Shown one piece after another: positions 52,128 through 64,000 of a stretch of 64,000 nt of DNA. The translations under genes and the position numbers were made by a program. Position 1 is the first letter of the stretch. Each line of letters begins with the position of its first letter. The notes under the pieces were generated by a model that was not told where the DNA came from, did no database searches, and was given only the letters and a program-made list of their open reading frames with translations. The stretch comes from Paraspadella gotoi (lineage: Eukaryota > Animalia > Chaetognatha): positions 12,636,582 to 12,700,581 of the forward strand of contig CM119265.1 in the NCBI GenBank assembly GCA_051294375.1, written 5' to 3'.

Positions 52128-52551
52128 CTGGGGGATCGAGGAAAGGAAGAGAATAGGGTAGTGAACGAAGGGCGGGTGCTCTTTTTTTCTCTCTCTCTCT
52201 TTCTTTTTTTTCTCCCCTTGCGCCGAATGTTATGACCGTCATAAATGCCGTCGGGAATTGTGGACGCGCGGAAATGTAAGGCGCAATAAAAATAAAGACT
52301 CGGAAAACGTCGTTAGTTTCATGTAAAGAGCGCCTACTGGTTATATTCACAATTCCTTTTTTTTTTCTCCATTTTTTTTTGGCGGCCATCTTTCTCGACG
52401 CGTGGAATATTAATGTTGGTCATTAATGATAAACGGTTTTTTTTCTTTAAATTGTTGTAGGTTTATGTATAAATTCTGTTAGTTTCAAAAATTGTTTTTG
52501 CACCTTACCTTTACCAGAATAATCACGCGATCCGTCTCTCCTTTAACTCAC

Positions 52552-52776
52552 CCAGCACTCGGTCGATGCTGCCTCCACCGTAGCAAGACGACGGAAGCGT
52601 TCCCGACATCATCCCCGACGTCATGGAGCCCGGCGTGCCGCAGCCGCTTCCGGTGCCGAGAGAGGCGTTGCCACCGAGTCCGCCCCCTGTCAGCGGTTCG
52701 CGACTCACGCCCCGTCGTGATGTGGGTGGGGGTAACGAAGGGTGGAACCACCCCCGCCGCAGCCTCGCCCGTGACC
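52552..52776 (-). CDS. Ig-like receptor, cytoplasmic exon (Gly-rich)
   Basis: tcacag|GHGRGCGGGGSTLRYPHPHHDG...VSREPLTGGGLGG...YGGGSIDRVL|gtgagt. It needs one extra G in the G-run at ~52710-52713, probably a homopolymer error. Confidence 0.6.
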
Positions 52777-53190
52777 CTGTGATGGGGGAGGGGCGAGTGG
52801 AAGTTTGAGGTGGGGTGAGTCGGGTGGGGTGAGACGGGTGGGGGGGGGCATGTTGAACTTTGTCGTTTCGTTTTTGAGTGAGAAGATTGGAAATTTATAA
52901 AGCGTCTTTTTTCTTTTTTCTTTTTTTCTTTTTTCGTTCAGGTATTCATGAAGCGATGGGTTTTTATATCTAAAACTCTTTCGGTGTATTCATGAAAATT
53001 TAAAGTCGAGTTGAGTGGAATCTGATCGTAAGGAAGGAAAAGATTTGGTTTCTGCTTTTTCGGTTTATCGTTACCGAAAAAAAAAAACGAAACGTTTTCG
53101 CTTTTGTCCTGAATTTTTGGTTGAAGGATTTTTTATGAAACCTAATTGAAATCTCGAAATGCCTTATTTAGAAAGTATTAAGTTTAGTGA

Positions 53191-53255
<65 letters not shown>

Positions 53256-53574
53256 TAAAAAAGTAAATAAAATTATTTTAAAAAATGAATTGATATGAAT
53301 GGAATAAAGAAATGTTACATTTTTTTACTATGCAATGGGGGTATTCAGACTTTACGTTTCAGTATAAAGCAAAGGTCTTACTAATTAAAATTTCGAATGA
53401 GGTTTAAAAATACGTAAAATAATATATCACGTTAAAAGTTTTTTTTTCTTAAAATGTTGAGCTGGTTTTCGGGTTAAGGAGTTTAGAAGGGTTACTAAAA
53501 GGGATGAGCCAAAAAGGGATAAAGGAATTTCGAGGGGGCGTGAATGAGAAAGGAAAAAATTTGAAAAAACAATT

Positions 53575-55385
53575 TATGCAAATGAGTTCGTTTCCAAATT
53601 CGCAAAACTGTTTTCCAAAATGGCGAAACGACGTTTACCATCCAATGGAGAGAAAGAGCGGGGGAGGTGAGTCGGGAGGAAGGGAGAGGAAGAATGAGGA
53701 GAGAGAGAAAGATTGAGAGAGAAAAAATTAGAGATAGAATAAGACATACGTAGGATTGAGAAACAGAAGGAGTGTAAAGAAATTAAAAAAGAAAAAAGAA
53801 AAGAAAAGAGAGAGGGAGATACAGGAAAATCGTAAGGATTCAGAAATGATAATAGCTGAATGTGATAGGGAGAAAAGAGAAAGAAAGAAAAAGTTAAAAT
53901 AGGAGGAAAATGATACAAATCGAAAAAAAAAATTACGAAGAATTAAAATCGAATAAAGGGATTCTTCGTCTGCAAAAAAAAGGTAGAAATTGCTAAAAAA
54001 GATACAAAGGAAAATAAAAGGAATGGAAAGAGAGGAAAGCGGGCCTCGGATGGTAATAAATTCCTTTTTTTTTCTTTTAAACTTTCTTTTCATTGGCTTT
54101 CGCTTCCGCTTCTCGTTTCCGCTTCTCGTTTCCGCTTCCCATTTTCGCTTCTCTCGCTGGCGGAAATCAATTCCGATTTTAAATTCTTAATCGTTTTTTT
54201 TTTTTCTGAGGGAATTTGAAACCGACAAAGTTTCTTCGTCATCGTCGACAAAGTTTTCAGCATTTATTCAATAATAATACTGTGATGTTTCACTTTGCCA
54301 CTTTTTCACTTAGGTACAACGCGCGCGCTCTCTCTCTCTCCTTCTCTCCCTCACTCCCTCTCCCATTTTCTTCGAATTCTTATAAATTTTTCATCGAAGC
54401 GCATCGAGAAACCTCCGTCTAAAAATGAGATATTTATTGAGGCTTCCGACGCAAGAGATTAAATTCAAAAGGGTTTCAATAAATTTTCTCCCAAGAATTG
54501 GCCCAAAAACAAGTTTACGGCGGAGCGCGTTTATCTGCAGTCGATGGAAGCCGTCCAATATTCCGACAGCAAAAACCACGACAGCAACGACAAAGAAAAA
54601 AGAAATATTAAAAACTTTCAAAACCGGTTGTTCAATGTCATTTACGCTTAAATACTCAGTCGCCCTCACCTGCATCGAAGCCGTCCTGCTGACGGGCTGC
54701 TGCTGCCCGCGCCGCAGGGGTCCGCCCCCACAGACGAACCCGCATTTGTAGAGAACCAGAAACAAAATGGCGGCGCCCATGATGAGGACGAAGACGCCGG
54801 CCGAAACGTAGTAGGCGATGGTCGTCACCAGCATCGTCGCTTGGTCTTGACTCAACTATAAAAGGATAAAATAAAAGGTAAGGTATCGCTCAATCTCTCT
54901 CCCTCCCTTTCTCTCTAATCCGTCGACTCGTTACGACCGAGCCTCCGGGCGTGTTTCGTCGTTTCGAACGTTAATCTCATTTGCATATCGCGGTGCGACT
55001 TTCGGGCGAGGATTTGACGAGATGCGTCGCTCTTTTTTTTTTTCTCGCCTCCGGCGACGAATATAAATGAAGGCGTCGATCGTAAAAGCGAGAATCGATG
55101 GAGAAGAAAAACGAGGGAAAAAGGTTGTAAAAAGCGGAAGTGATGGAACAGAGTTGGAACAACGATTTTGATAGGTTCGGATTTAACGAGGTGAGCGCTC
55201 GTTGGAACCAAGTGCTTGGTTTCGTAGTCTCCACAAAAGCTCAATGGTTTATCTCTTAGGGTATTATACCGCATTATTATGTTATGTTATTAAAAATATT
55301 ATATTTGTGATGGAAGATTTGTAAGAGATACATTCTTAGAATAATACTAAATGAGATTGAGATTTCATCAATCTCATTTGCATAT
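53575..55385. promoter_or_regulatory. Cluster of three extended POU/octamer sites (TATGCAAATGAG)
   Basis: The perfect 12-mer occurs at 53575-53586 (+), 54976-54987 (-) and 55373-55384 (-). Confidence 0.5.
54670..54855 (-). CDS. Ig-like receptor, transmembrane exon
   Basis: ttatag|LSQDQATMLVTTIAYYVSAGVFVLIMGAAILFLVLYKCGFVCGGGPLRRGQQQPVSRTASMQ|gtgagg; a clear TM helix followed by Lys/Cys/Arg. Confidence 0.85.
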
Positions 55386-55771
55386 AGTAGTAAATCATTT
55401 TAAGTGCAATTGATTTTTGTACTGTATGTTATTATTATGTTATTATATTATGTTATGTTATTAAAAATATTGTGTTCGAATAATAACTCGGATGATATTT
55501 AATAAGCCAGCCACACCATTTTATGAAATTGGTACAACCAATATGTTAGAGTTTTATTGTATACTATTTGGTGTTGGAAAAAAACTCCAATCAAACACCA
55601 ATCCTTTCAAAATTGATGTGTACAATGATGTACTGATGTATTTATTGATGTACTGCGTTAACCAATTTAAACGTCGGAATCTTATGAACCATGAACAATT
55701 CGCGCAAGCTATATGTCATTTATTCATACACCTGGAACGTTTGGCAATTTTTAGTTATGGAGATTTGCGGA

Positions 55772-55811
<40 letters not shown>

Positions 55812-56431
55812 CTCTTCGTCTGAAGCTCTAAGAAGAGGCGGCCGATAATCCGACCTCGTCAGTTTCCGAATTTCGAAGAACGCCCTTGAACCCTCATTAG
55901 ACTTCTTCTGAGAAAAAATGGATGCCGAGATTCCATATGAAATAATGGAGAGGCGATGAAGTGGACAAAGAATGTCTTCCACTTGTACACTCTCTTTCTT
56001 CTCTCTCCTGCTTTCTCTCCTCTCTCTCTCTCTCTCATCTTCTCTCTGCTCTGCTCTCTACATTTCATCTCCTCTCTCTCTCTCTCTCTCTTCTTCTCTC
56101 TCATCTTCATCTCTCTCTCTCATCATTCTCTGTTTCCTCTCCCGATTTCTACTCACTCTTTCCCCTCTTTCTACCGTGTCAGACTCGTTCAAATAAAGGA
56201 ATTTTGTTTTGAAAATTAATACATATTCATGAGAATTCCCCCCCTCAACCCCCCGTGGGGGAAGGGGGGGGAAAACGAATCGCTGTCTCCGGAGAAAATT
56301 GAAAAAAAAAATCCCCGAGATTTTTTTTTCCTCTCTTCGATAAAAGAATGAAAAAAAAAAGTTTGATTGTTAGAGATGGAGTCGTGGACATTGGAGCTTC
56401 GGTCTCTAGACGACGACGACGTCGCTCTCAC

Positions 56432-56647
56432 CTGAACCTGAGTGATCTGCTCTTCGCTCATCGTCGTCTGCCATTGCTTGATGTCGACGTTGATGTTGTT
56501 GTAGTTCTCTCGGTTGTTGTTGTTGTTGTCGCCCAAGCCGGCTCCCTGGAGGCGAGAGGAGTCGCTGCCGACGACGAGTGAGACGGTCTTGGAGGCGTCG
56601 CCGAACTTGCCGCGGGCCCGGATGTAGACGAGGCAACGCCGGTTTTT
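56432..56647 (-). CDS. Ig-like receptor exon (F-G strands and stalk)
   Basis: tctcag|KNRRCLVYIRARGKFGDASKTVSLVVGSDSS...TTMSEEQITQVQ|gtgaga; 216 nt, phase 0-0. Confidence 0.75.
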
Positions 56648-56920
56648 CTGAGACGCGAACCGAGTTTATTATTTAAAGCGTTTGAAATTAATTTAAAGCG
56701 TATAGTTAATAGTTGTGGTGTAATACAGCCGAGTTTAATTTTACCGATTTATTTTTTGTTATTTTCTAAAATTAACCGCATAGAATAACAAAATGTTCCC
56801 GTCAGTCATTTAGTTCGTTTTTGCTTCGGTTGCTCCATCTCATTGTCGATTTTTAGTTTGTTTTAGAAATAAATCATTAAGTTGCTTTCAATCATTCGTT
56901 CTCTCTGTCATCGAACTTAC

Positions 56921-57023
56921 CTGAAACGAAAAGCTGGAATTGAGAGAGAGAGTGATGACGATGGTTTTTTGAAAATCGTTGTTTTTCTCGGAAAACGACG
57001 ACATTGCCGCTGGTTGGAGGAGG
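56921..57023 (-). CDS. Ig-like receptor exon
   Basis: ctgcag|(S)LLQPAAMSSFSEKNNDFQKTIVITLSLNSSFSFQ|gtaagt; phase 2-0, compatible with both neighbours. Confidence 0.6.
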
Positions 57024-57077
57024 CTGCAGGGTTGTGGAAGGGGCATTGAATAATGAATACAGACGTCTGTCTCTCTG

Positions 57078-57128
<51 letters not shown>

Positions 57129-57214
57129 AAAAACTCGCCTGCACGTATTGGGTGTAAACTGATTGACCCCGGCTCTTTCGATGTCGAACGGTGATGTTCT
57201 CTCCTCTTCACTCT

Positions 57215-57251
<37 letters not shown>

Positions 57252-57257
57252 ACTCAC

Positions 57258-57403
57258 CTGACGTATTGGGATGTAAACTGAGTGACGGCCGCTCTTTCGA
57301 TGTCGACGGTGATGTTCTCCCGCGGGAGAGGGGGATTGGCGTAGAGTTCGCAGGAGATGGTCGTCATTGGGATGTGAGGGTAGATCTCGCGGACATCGGG
57401 ACA
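57258..57403 (-). CDS. Ig-like receptor exon (A-C strands, C-x-x-x-ANP)
   Basis: ccccag|CPDVREIYPHIPMTTISCELYANPPLPRENITVDIERAAVTQFTSQYV|gtgagt; phase 0-2. Confidence 0.75.
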
Positions 57404-57623
57404 CTGGGGTGGAATGTGGGGGAGGGGGGGTTCAAGGGGTGTTCCGGGGGATGAATAAGTTTAAGGAATTTTTTTATCAAATTAAGTAAAATATAATTAA
57501 AGCATGTAAAGAAGAAAATATGATAAGGTTTTAAAAATCTAAAAAAAAAAAAAAAAATAAAAATTTCTTATCTGATCTCTCTAGGGTTTTTTTTTCCAAA
57601 TGTCGTAAGCCAGTTAAAAGAAT

Positions 57624-57654
<31 letters not shown>

Positions 57655-57936
57655 AGATAAATAAGTAACTAGATAAATAAATAATATTTGGGCGACTTAA
57701 TTTGCCAATGTGTCCGTCTGACATTGTTAAACGCCCAACAAATAATTTTTTTTCACGTAAACCTCCACAGTGAATAATTGCAACATTTTAAAAAAGTCAT
57801 TAAGAGCGACAACCGAAAATTAACAACTTCTCCAATGTTGTGGCGAAGCCGCGAAAGAAAAACCATTAAAAAAACGAGTGGTACACAAAACCGAAAGAGA
57901 GAGAGAAAAAAAGAAAACCTATTATCCCGAATAGAT

Positions 57937-58058
<122 letters not shown>

Positions 58059-58693
58059 CTTTTTGTTTCACTCTCTTCCCTTTTTGTTTCACTCTTTCAC
58101 CTTTCTCATTAATTCCCTTCTCCCTATTTCTATCACTTCTTTCACTTATTTCATTTCTTCTCCAACTGTCGAGTGAAAACGAATCGTACTGCGGCGATGG
58201 AAAAAAGTGAGGCCTTGGGTAATGTTCGGCTGGAAATGCAAACCTAGGTGTACACAGCACAGCTGATGTTTGAAACTGAGTAGATCTTGAAAAATGACAA
58301 TTAATAAATTTTTAAAGAGTTGAATAATGAAAAGATAAGTTTAGTTCGTTTTTTTTAGCCATAAACAAAAGAGCAAGCTGGAAAAACGATATTTGTAAGT
58401 AGGTTTGGATTCCGAAAGTGACGCCGCCGCAAAATAAATGTTTTGGCGAAGTCGGGGAAGGTTAAAAGGAGGAAAGGGATCCCTAAAACGGACGCCAGAG
58501 GAAAAGCGAAAAGAGGTAAAAGTAAAAAAAAACAAAGGAAAGGAAAGGAAAGGAAAGGAAAGGGAGGGTTTTGAGTTCCAAGGCCCCGGGAAAAAAGAAT
58601 ATATCAGCGTCACTCGAAAAGTCAAATGAAGAAAAGAGGAAGATTAGTGAGCTCATGCGTTCGACGGTTGGTGAAAGAAGGGAGGTCGATGGA

Positions 58694-58747
<54 letters not shown>

Positions 58748-58880
58748 GGGGTAATATTTTTATGACATTGAGAGATGAAGGGGGAAGCCGCGCCACGCCA
58801 ATGCTTCGAAGCCGAGAACGGAGAAAGGAGGAAAGACGCGAAGCGAAGGAGTCGACGACCGCGTCCGGTTGAAGGCGGAG

Positions 58881-58920
<40 letters not shown>
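58881..58920. repeat. (GAC)n microsatellite
   Basis: Directly visible; a similar (GTC)n tract lies at ~34875-34903. Confidence 0.9.
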
Positions 58921-58922
<2 letters not shown>

Positions 58923-59866
58923 GATATCTGAGAATGGCAGAACCTATCCGCGAAAAACTTCCGTCTTTTTATGTAAAGGATTCTGTAAGGAGCGTGGTAC
59001 AATGCAGAACCAAGAACGTTTAGTGAGAAGGAAAGAGTCAGGATGTAGAAATCAACGATCAATTTATTATTTATAAATGGACTGGATTAATCGCGAAAAT
59101 ACATAAGTTTATTCATTGACACTACGAGGTTTAATAATTCAATTTTAAGTTAGCAACAATTCACAACACCAACGGCGCAAAATAATACGACACACGACGC
59201 AGATTCTAATTTCACTTTGGTATTTCGTTTGCCGTTCTAACAAAAAAAAAACCAAAAAAAAACTCTAATCATAATTACGAATATTTTTTTTTTCATTTCG
59301 TAGCGCGAATGAAAAATGGTGATCCTCACTTGGGCGAGGATTTCGAAGATGAGTTATGACAGCGAAGTGATTAACTGTCATAACAAAGCAACAAACGCGA
59401 ACACTGGAATTTTTACGAGAGAGAGCAAAACTTGTTTTGTTACTCTCTCCGACTCTGTCTCTCTCTCTCTCTCCTTCTATCCATTGTATTCATTCCGAGA
59501 TTAACCGAAACGGAACGGTTTTTACAACGCTTTATCATCTTCCTGCCTCAGACTGATTACGTTTTTAAAAAAATAATAAGCGAAGACGAGAACCGCCTTA
59601 TGGCTTATCCTAAATCTTGAATTTAAAAAAACAAAAAACGCTTTTCATTTCGTAAAAAAGTTTCAGTATTTTTTTTAAAAACCGATATTACCCTAAAATT
59701 TAATGCATGTAGGATTTTTTTTTCACAAAATACCGATACAGTTTCAGATATTCGATTTTTTGTTAGTTTTTGAATAAATCATGGTTGTATATAGTAGTTT
59801 TGGCTTATGGTTAAAAACCAAAAAGAAAATCGTCACTTTTCCCGCGTCTCTCGTCTTCTCACTCAC

Positions 59867-59965
59867 CTGCAATATGGGGCCGTAGTAAAGATGAAGGTAG
59901 ATGGATTTCTCCAAAGTCGAAACTTCCCCATTTATCTTGAGTCGAACTTGTTGAAAAGGATGAGT
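59867..59965 (-). CDS. Ig-like receptor exon (end of a domain, YYGP linker)
   Basis: (CT)n...acgcag|THPFQQVRLKINGEVSTLEKSIYLHLYYGPILQ|gtgagt; 99 nt, phase 0-0. Confidence 0.75.
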
Positions 59966-59971
59966 CTGCGT

Positions 59972-60094
<123 letters not shown>

Positions 60095-60410
60095 GGAGAG
60101 AGGGAGGAATGAGAGAAAAGGAGGAAAGAAAAGAGAGAAGAGAAAAAACAGGAAAAAAGAAAAGAATAAAAGAAGGAAAGAAAGTTGAAAATGTGTATGA
60201 GGAGGAAAAGAGGAAAGAGGAAAGAGGGGGGAAAAAAGGGAAAAAGTGACGTGAAAATGTGGTCAAGAAAATTTAGGCTATTTGTTTATAATTATATGTC
60301 ATACATGTCTGTATGTACGTCGTCTTGCCAGTTAATATGTGATTTGGATTTGAAACATAACACATGACATAACTGTTGACTCCAAGGACCCGCATGTGTT
60401 TTCAACTAAC

Positions 60411-60538
60411 CTGCGAGAGAAAAGACTCGTTAACGAGAAGCGTGATTCTCTGTCCGTAGATGGCGTTGGCGGCGGAAGTGGGCGGGTTGAGTGTCCCGTC
60501 GCTAGAAGCGGAGGCCAAGCGGAGATCCATGGATTTTC
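60411..60538 (-). CDS. Ig-like single-pass receptor, ectodomain exon
   Basis: cattcag|...|gttagt; encodes KSMDLRLASASSDGTLNPPTSAANAIYGQRITLLVNESFLSQ and ends in phase 0. Confidence 0.7.
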
Positions 60539-61253
60539 CTGAATGGATAATTAAAAAAAGAGTAAGTTTTAATGCGTGCGTATGCAATGTGATCTGGTAG
60601 TCAGTTATGGGTTGGATAAGACAGTATTTTTGTTTAGTTAAAAAAAAGTTTTGGTAACTTTGGGTTAGATTCTGGGCGATGGGGTTCGGGTGGAAGTTGA
60701 ATGGAACTCGTGTTAAGTTTTGAGTGAGATTCGGCAACATTTCACATTTTTAGAAAACCGTTTTCGCATCTGGAGCCGAAAGCCGAAAAGGTAAGACGCC
60801 TCGGGGCGAAAGAAGTTTAGAACGAAAAAAAAAAGATTCATTTTTTACTTTTTTCAAAGAAGAGAAAAGTAAAAATAAGAGACGCGAAAAGGATCAAAGA
60901 AGCGGAAAAAAAACGGGAAAAAAGCCGAGAAAAAAGCCGGAAAAGGCCGGAAAAGAATCTGGGAAACCGTTTTTTCAGTCCATTGATGGAAAAGGTTATG
61001 AAACGCGGTACGTGTAGCTCCGGAGAAAAGAGTGGCCCGCTGTCCCAGAGGCAGAGAGGGTCAACTGAAAAGTGCCTTCCGGTTCGCCGGACAACGTTGA
61101 AAAAGAAAACCAAAAATAGGGTAATTTTATCCATTTTGAAATCCTCGCTTTTTATTCTCGGTTATTCTATCTTAAACGTCTCTTTACTACGCAGTTTCAT
61201 AGACCTCGACCGAAGTGCCAATATCTCGAAAATTTTGCTTGAAAAAAAAATGA

Positions 61254-61296
<43 letters not shown>

Positions 61297-62303
61297 CCCC
61301 TCACACTTTCTGTTTTTTTTAGCATACGTTGATATTAAAGGGGTCATTCAAGGTCTTTCTAATGGCGGTGATAAAAAGTTATTTATAATAATAAAAAAAG
61401 AAGAGAGAGGGAGGGTAGGGAGGGAGGAAAGAAAAAAGAACTGAATTTATTACCGTATTCAACAACAAAAAGCGCCTTTTTTAAATTTTTTTAAAACTGT
61501 TATATAACGTCTCAACACAGAATTAAGATATAATAAAAAGTAAGTAGAACATTCTAAACATTGCAATAAGTTAAAATCTCGCTTTTACATAATATGGTAA
61601 TTAAACGTAATAAGGCAATGAAATGAAAGAATGTCTGAAGTGAGATCATCTTCAATTCTTCTCCTTTTCCTTGTATCGACGGAGAAGATCTCAGCCTTTC
61701 CAACGGCGTCGGATTTCAAATTGAATTTTCACCTTTTGAAACGAAAACCTTCTTCCTCTTTTGAACCATGGGCTTCGCCTTGGGCGACAACTCCTCGGGT
61801 TTTTTTTTTCCTGTCCAATTTTTTGTTGCTGAGTTTGCAACCTCTTGGGATTTTCGGTAAACAAGGAAAGGGGGAAAACAGTTATGGGGTCGAAGCGAGT
61901 GTTTATGTGCGTGAGAGGAGCGCCANNNNNNNNNNNNNNNNNNNNNNNNNACTATAGTATACAATACTACGAAGATTTTTTTATTTATATTATTAGCTGT
62001 GATGACGCTAACATTGATGATACGATTTTCTTCTTGTGTTAATATCGACATCGCGTCAATATTGGCGGAAGGGATTCGAACTGTGAGTTCGGGGATTAGA
62101 GATTTCGGATTAAGGGCAAAGTCGAAGCTGACGTTTGGCGGTTTTTCTTTTATTCTTTTTTTTTTAACGGTTACCTAATATGGTCATTGGTCAATAGAGG
62201 TTGCGGTTTGTATATTTCTAAAAAACTACAAAACACAAACATAAAGAAAAACATTTTGTTAAAATAGTAATTAAAATGTATCCCAAGGGGAAACATTTTC
62301 GTT

Positions 62304-62404
<101 letters not shown>

Positions 62405-62892
62405 CACCATGACCCAAACTGCATTCAAATGGTCGTTAAATCGATTGGCGTGGCTCGAGGCTTTCAATTCCATCGTCGACGTCAACGACCACCTCCCCCA
62501 GCAGCACGCCGAACAAGGACAACAACAAACAACAACAACAACACGCCCCTTTCCGGCGAGGTCAACCTTCGACTCCGCCTGCCCCTCCGCCGGCCCGCCC
62601 GGGGGTCAGCCTCGCTCCCCCAAGTTTGCGCCGAATTGGGATCATCAAGAAATTGTCAGAATCATGTGAAAAAGTATAAGTGGGACTTCAATTTTTACCC
62701 CGGAATTGTCGACCCCGTTCGCGTTCGACTAATTTGAATCAATTGCCCGGTGAGAAACGACAACCACGACGACGACGACCACAACAATGGGAATGACCGA
62801 AATGGGTAGCAGCTGATGCAAGATATTACGGAGCTCCGTGCCACGATAAGATTTTCTTTGTTTCTTCCCAGGGTGTTTTTTTCTTTTTTATG

Positions 62893-62894
62893 TT

Positions 62895-62945
<51 letters not shown>
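62893..62945. repeat. (TTTC)n microsatellite
   Basis: Directly visible. Confidence 0.9.
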
Positions 62946-63384
62946 ATCTCTCTTTCTTTTTTTTCTTTCTTTTTTCTTTCTTTCTTTCTTTCTTTTTTTT
63001 TTCTTTCTTTCTCGTTTCTTTCAGTGTGCTCGCCAAATTCTTTTCCTTCACCTTTACAACGGGCCATGGGACATCCATTCCAACAACGAGAACAACGATC
63101 AACAAACAAAACAACAACTAAAAACAACAACAACAACGTGGATTGTCGGTTCGAGTTATTTTCTCCTGAAAATCTTCCTCGAGGGATTCCTGCCAGAGGA
63201 CGGGGGCGCAAACAGGGACAGGAAAAAAAGTAAAACTTAAACAAATTTACTCTGAAAATGTAATATAGGATGTAAATTAAACAAATTATTTTAACTGTAT
63301 TTTACTTCAAATCCTCAACAGTAATTCATTTAAATTTTATATTCAACTGTAACAGTATCTCTTTCTTTTGCTGCACCAAGGTTT

Positions 63385-63496
63385 GCGTATTTTTGAACAT
63401 TTTTAGTGAATTTTCTAGTATTTTTAACTAATTATAAACGGCGTATTTTTGAACATTTTTAGTGAATTTTCTAGCATTTTTAACTAATTACAAAGG
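63385..63496. repeat. 56-bp tandem duplication
   Basis: GCGTATTTTTGAACATTTTTAGTGAATTTTCTAG...AACTAATTA occurs at 63385 and 63441 with a few substitutions. Confidence 0.9.
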
Positions 63497-63682
63497 CTAT
63501 AAAATATAAAGATTATTTATTCTAAACTAGAAATAAATCTAAGCGGTGCTATTACTATTAATGTAAAAGTACAGTTACAGTTGTTACTCCCGTCACTGTT
63601 AGTTTCTCTTTGAGGAATACAAAAGTAAAAAAGAAAAATTAAACCAAAAAACTAGCGACCAAAAAAAAAAAAAAAAAAAACT

Positions 63683-63896
63683 CGATTCTTCCGCCATCGT
63701 CTGAAAGGGCGAGGAGGCGGAGAGACGCCAGGAGCCTCGAGCGTCTGCGTCCGAAAAGGAACCCGCGCGCATCCCAAAGTTTAAGCGCCTCGATATTTCT
63801 TCCTCCTTTTCTCTCAAGCGCCGTCTCGCGGGAACCGGGTCAATTATGTGGGGCGGGTCATCTCCAAGGTCGTCCCGAGGCCGTCCAAGGTCATTC
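63683..63896 (-). CDS. Possible upstream ectodomain exon of the Ig-like receptor
   Basis: acctag acceptor, then the open frame NDLGRPRDDLGDDPPHIIDP...ISRRLNFGMRAGSFSDADARGSWRLSASSPFQTMAEES, which parallels the E-F-G strand pattern of the other domains. The donor is weak. Confidence 0.35.
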
Positions 63897-63955
63897 TAGG
63901 TTACCGACGAAGGCTAAATTTTTTTTAAAAGTAAAAATAGGGAGACGCACTTCTC

Positions 63956-64000
<45 letters not shown>

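Noticed and set aside
52687-52708. 22-nt mini-intron GTGAGT...CTGACAG on the minus strand
   Set aside because: Very short, and removing it enters a frame incompatible with the downstream phase-1 junction. A missing G in the adjacent homopolymer is simpler.
58760-59062. Ser-rich minus-strand ORF as a receptor exon
   Set aside because: It is driven by a (GAC)n microsatellite and has no convincing donor. The flanking exons already join in phase.
60965-61065. Possible receptor exon after a tttcag acceptor
   Set aside because: No donor gives a phase compatible with the 60538 exon.

Overview
Eukaryotic (probably metazoan) genomic DNA from a gapped draft assembly. It is AT-rich, very dense in (GA)n microsatellites, and has GT-AG spliced genes. 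I see no prokaryotic features, RNA genes or CRISPR arrays. Supported content: (1) an exon resembling the membrane region of MCTP (68-217); (2) the last exons of an unidentified protein with a hydrophobic C-tail (2688-3005); (3) an ~11 kb block present twice (~3880-14744 and 15808-26470), most likely two haplotypes, with a polymorphic ~260 bp retroelement-like insertion; (4) two tandem minus-strand paralogs of a family I do not recognise (29111-26532 and 34265-30519), sharing an N-terminal helix+CPxC motif split by a stop-free in-frame intron, pentapeptide repeats and a C-terminal TREEIE(R/K)QL...EWF motif; (5) noisy artefactual re-copies of 32.7-37.5 kb around an apparently real ~900 bp inversion; (6) a multi-exon single-pass receptor with degenerate Ig-like domains and a PPxY tail (60538-51652), with a POU-octamer cluster and a candidate hairpin-masked poison exon in its introns. 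All identifications are by eye; no searches were run.
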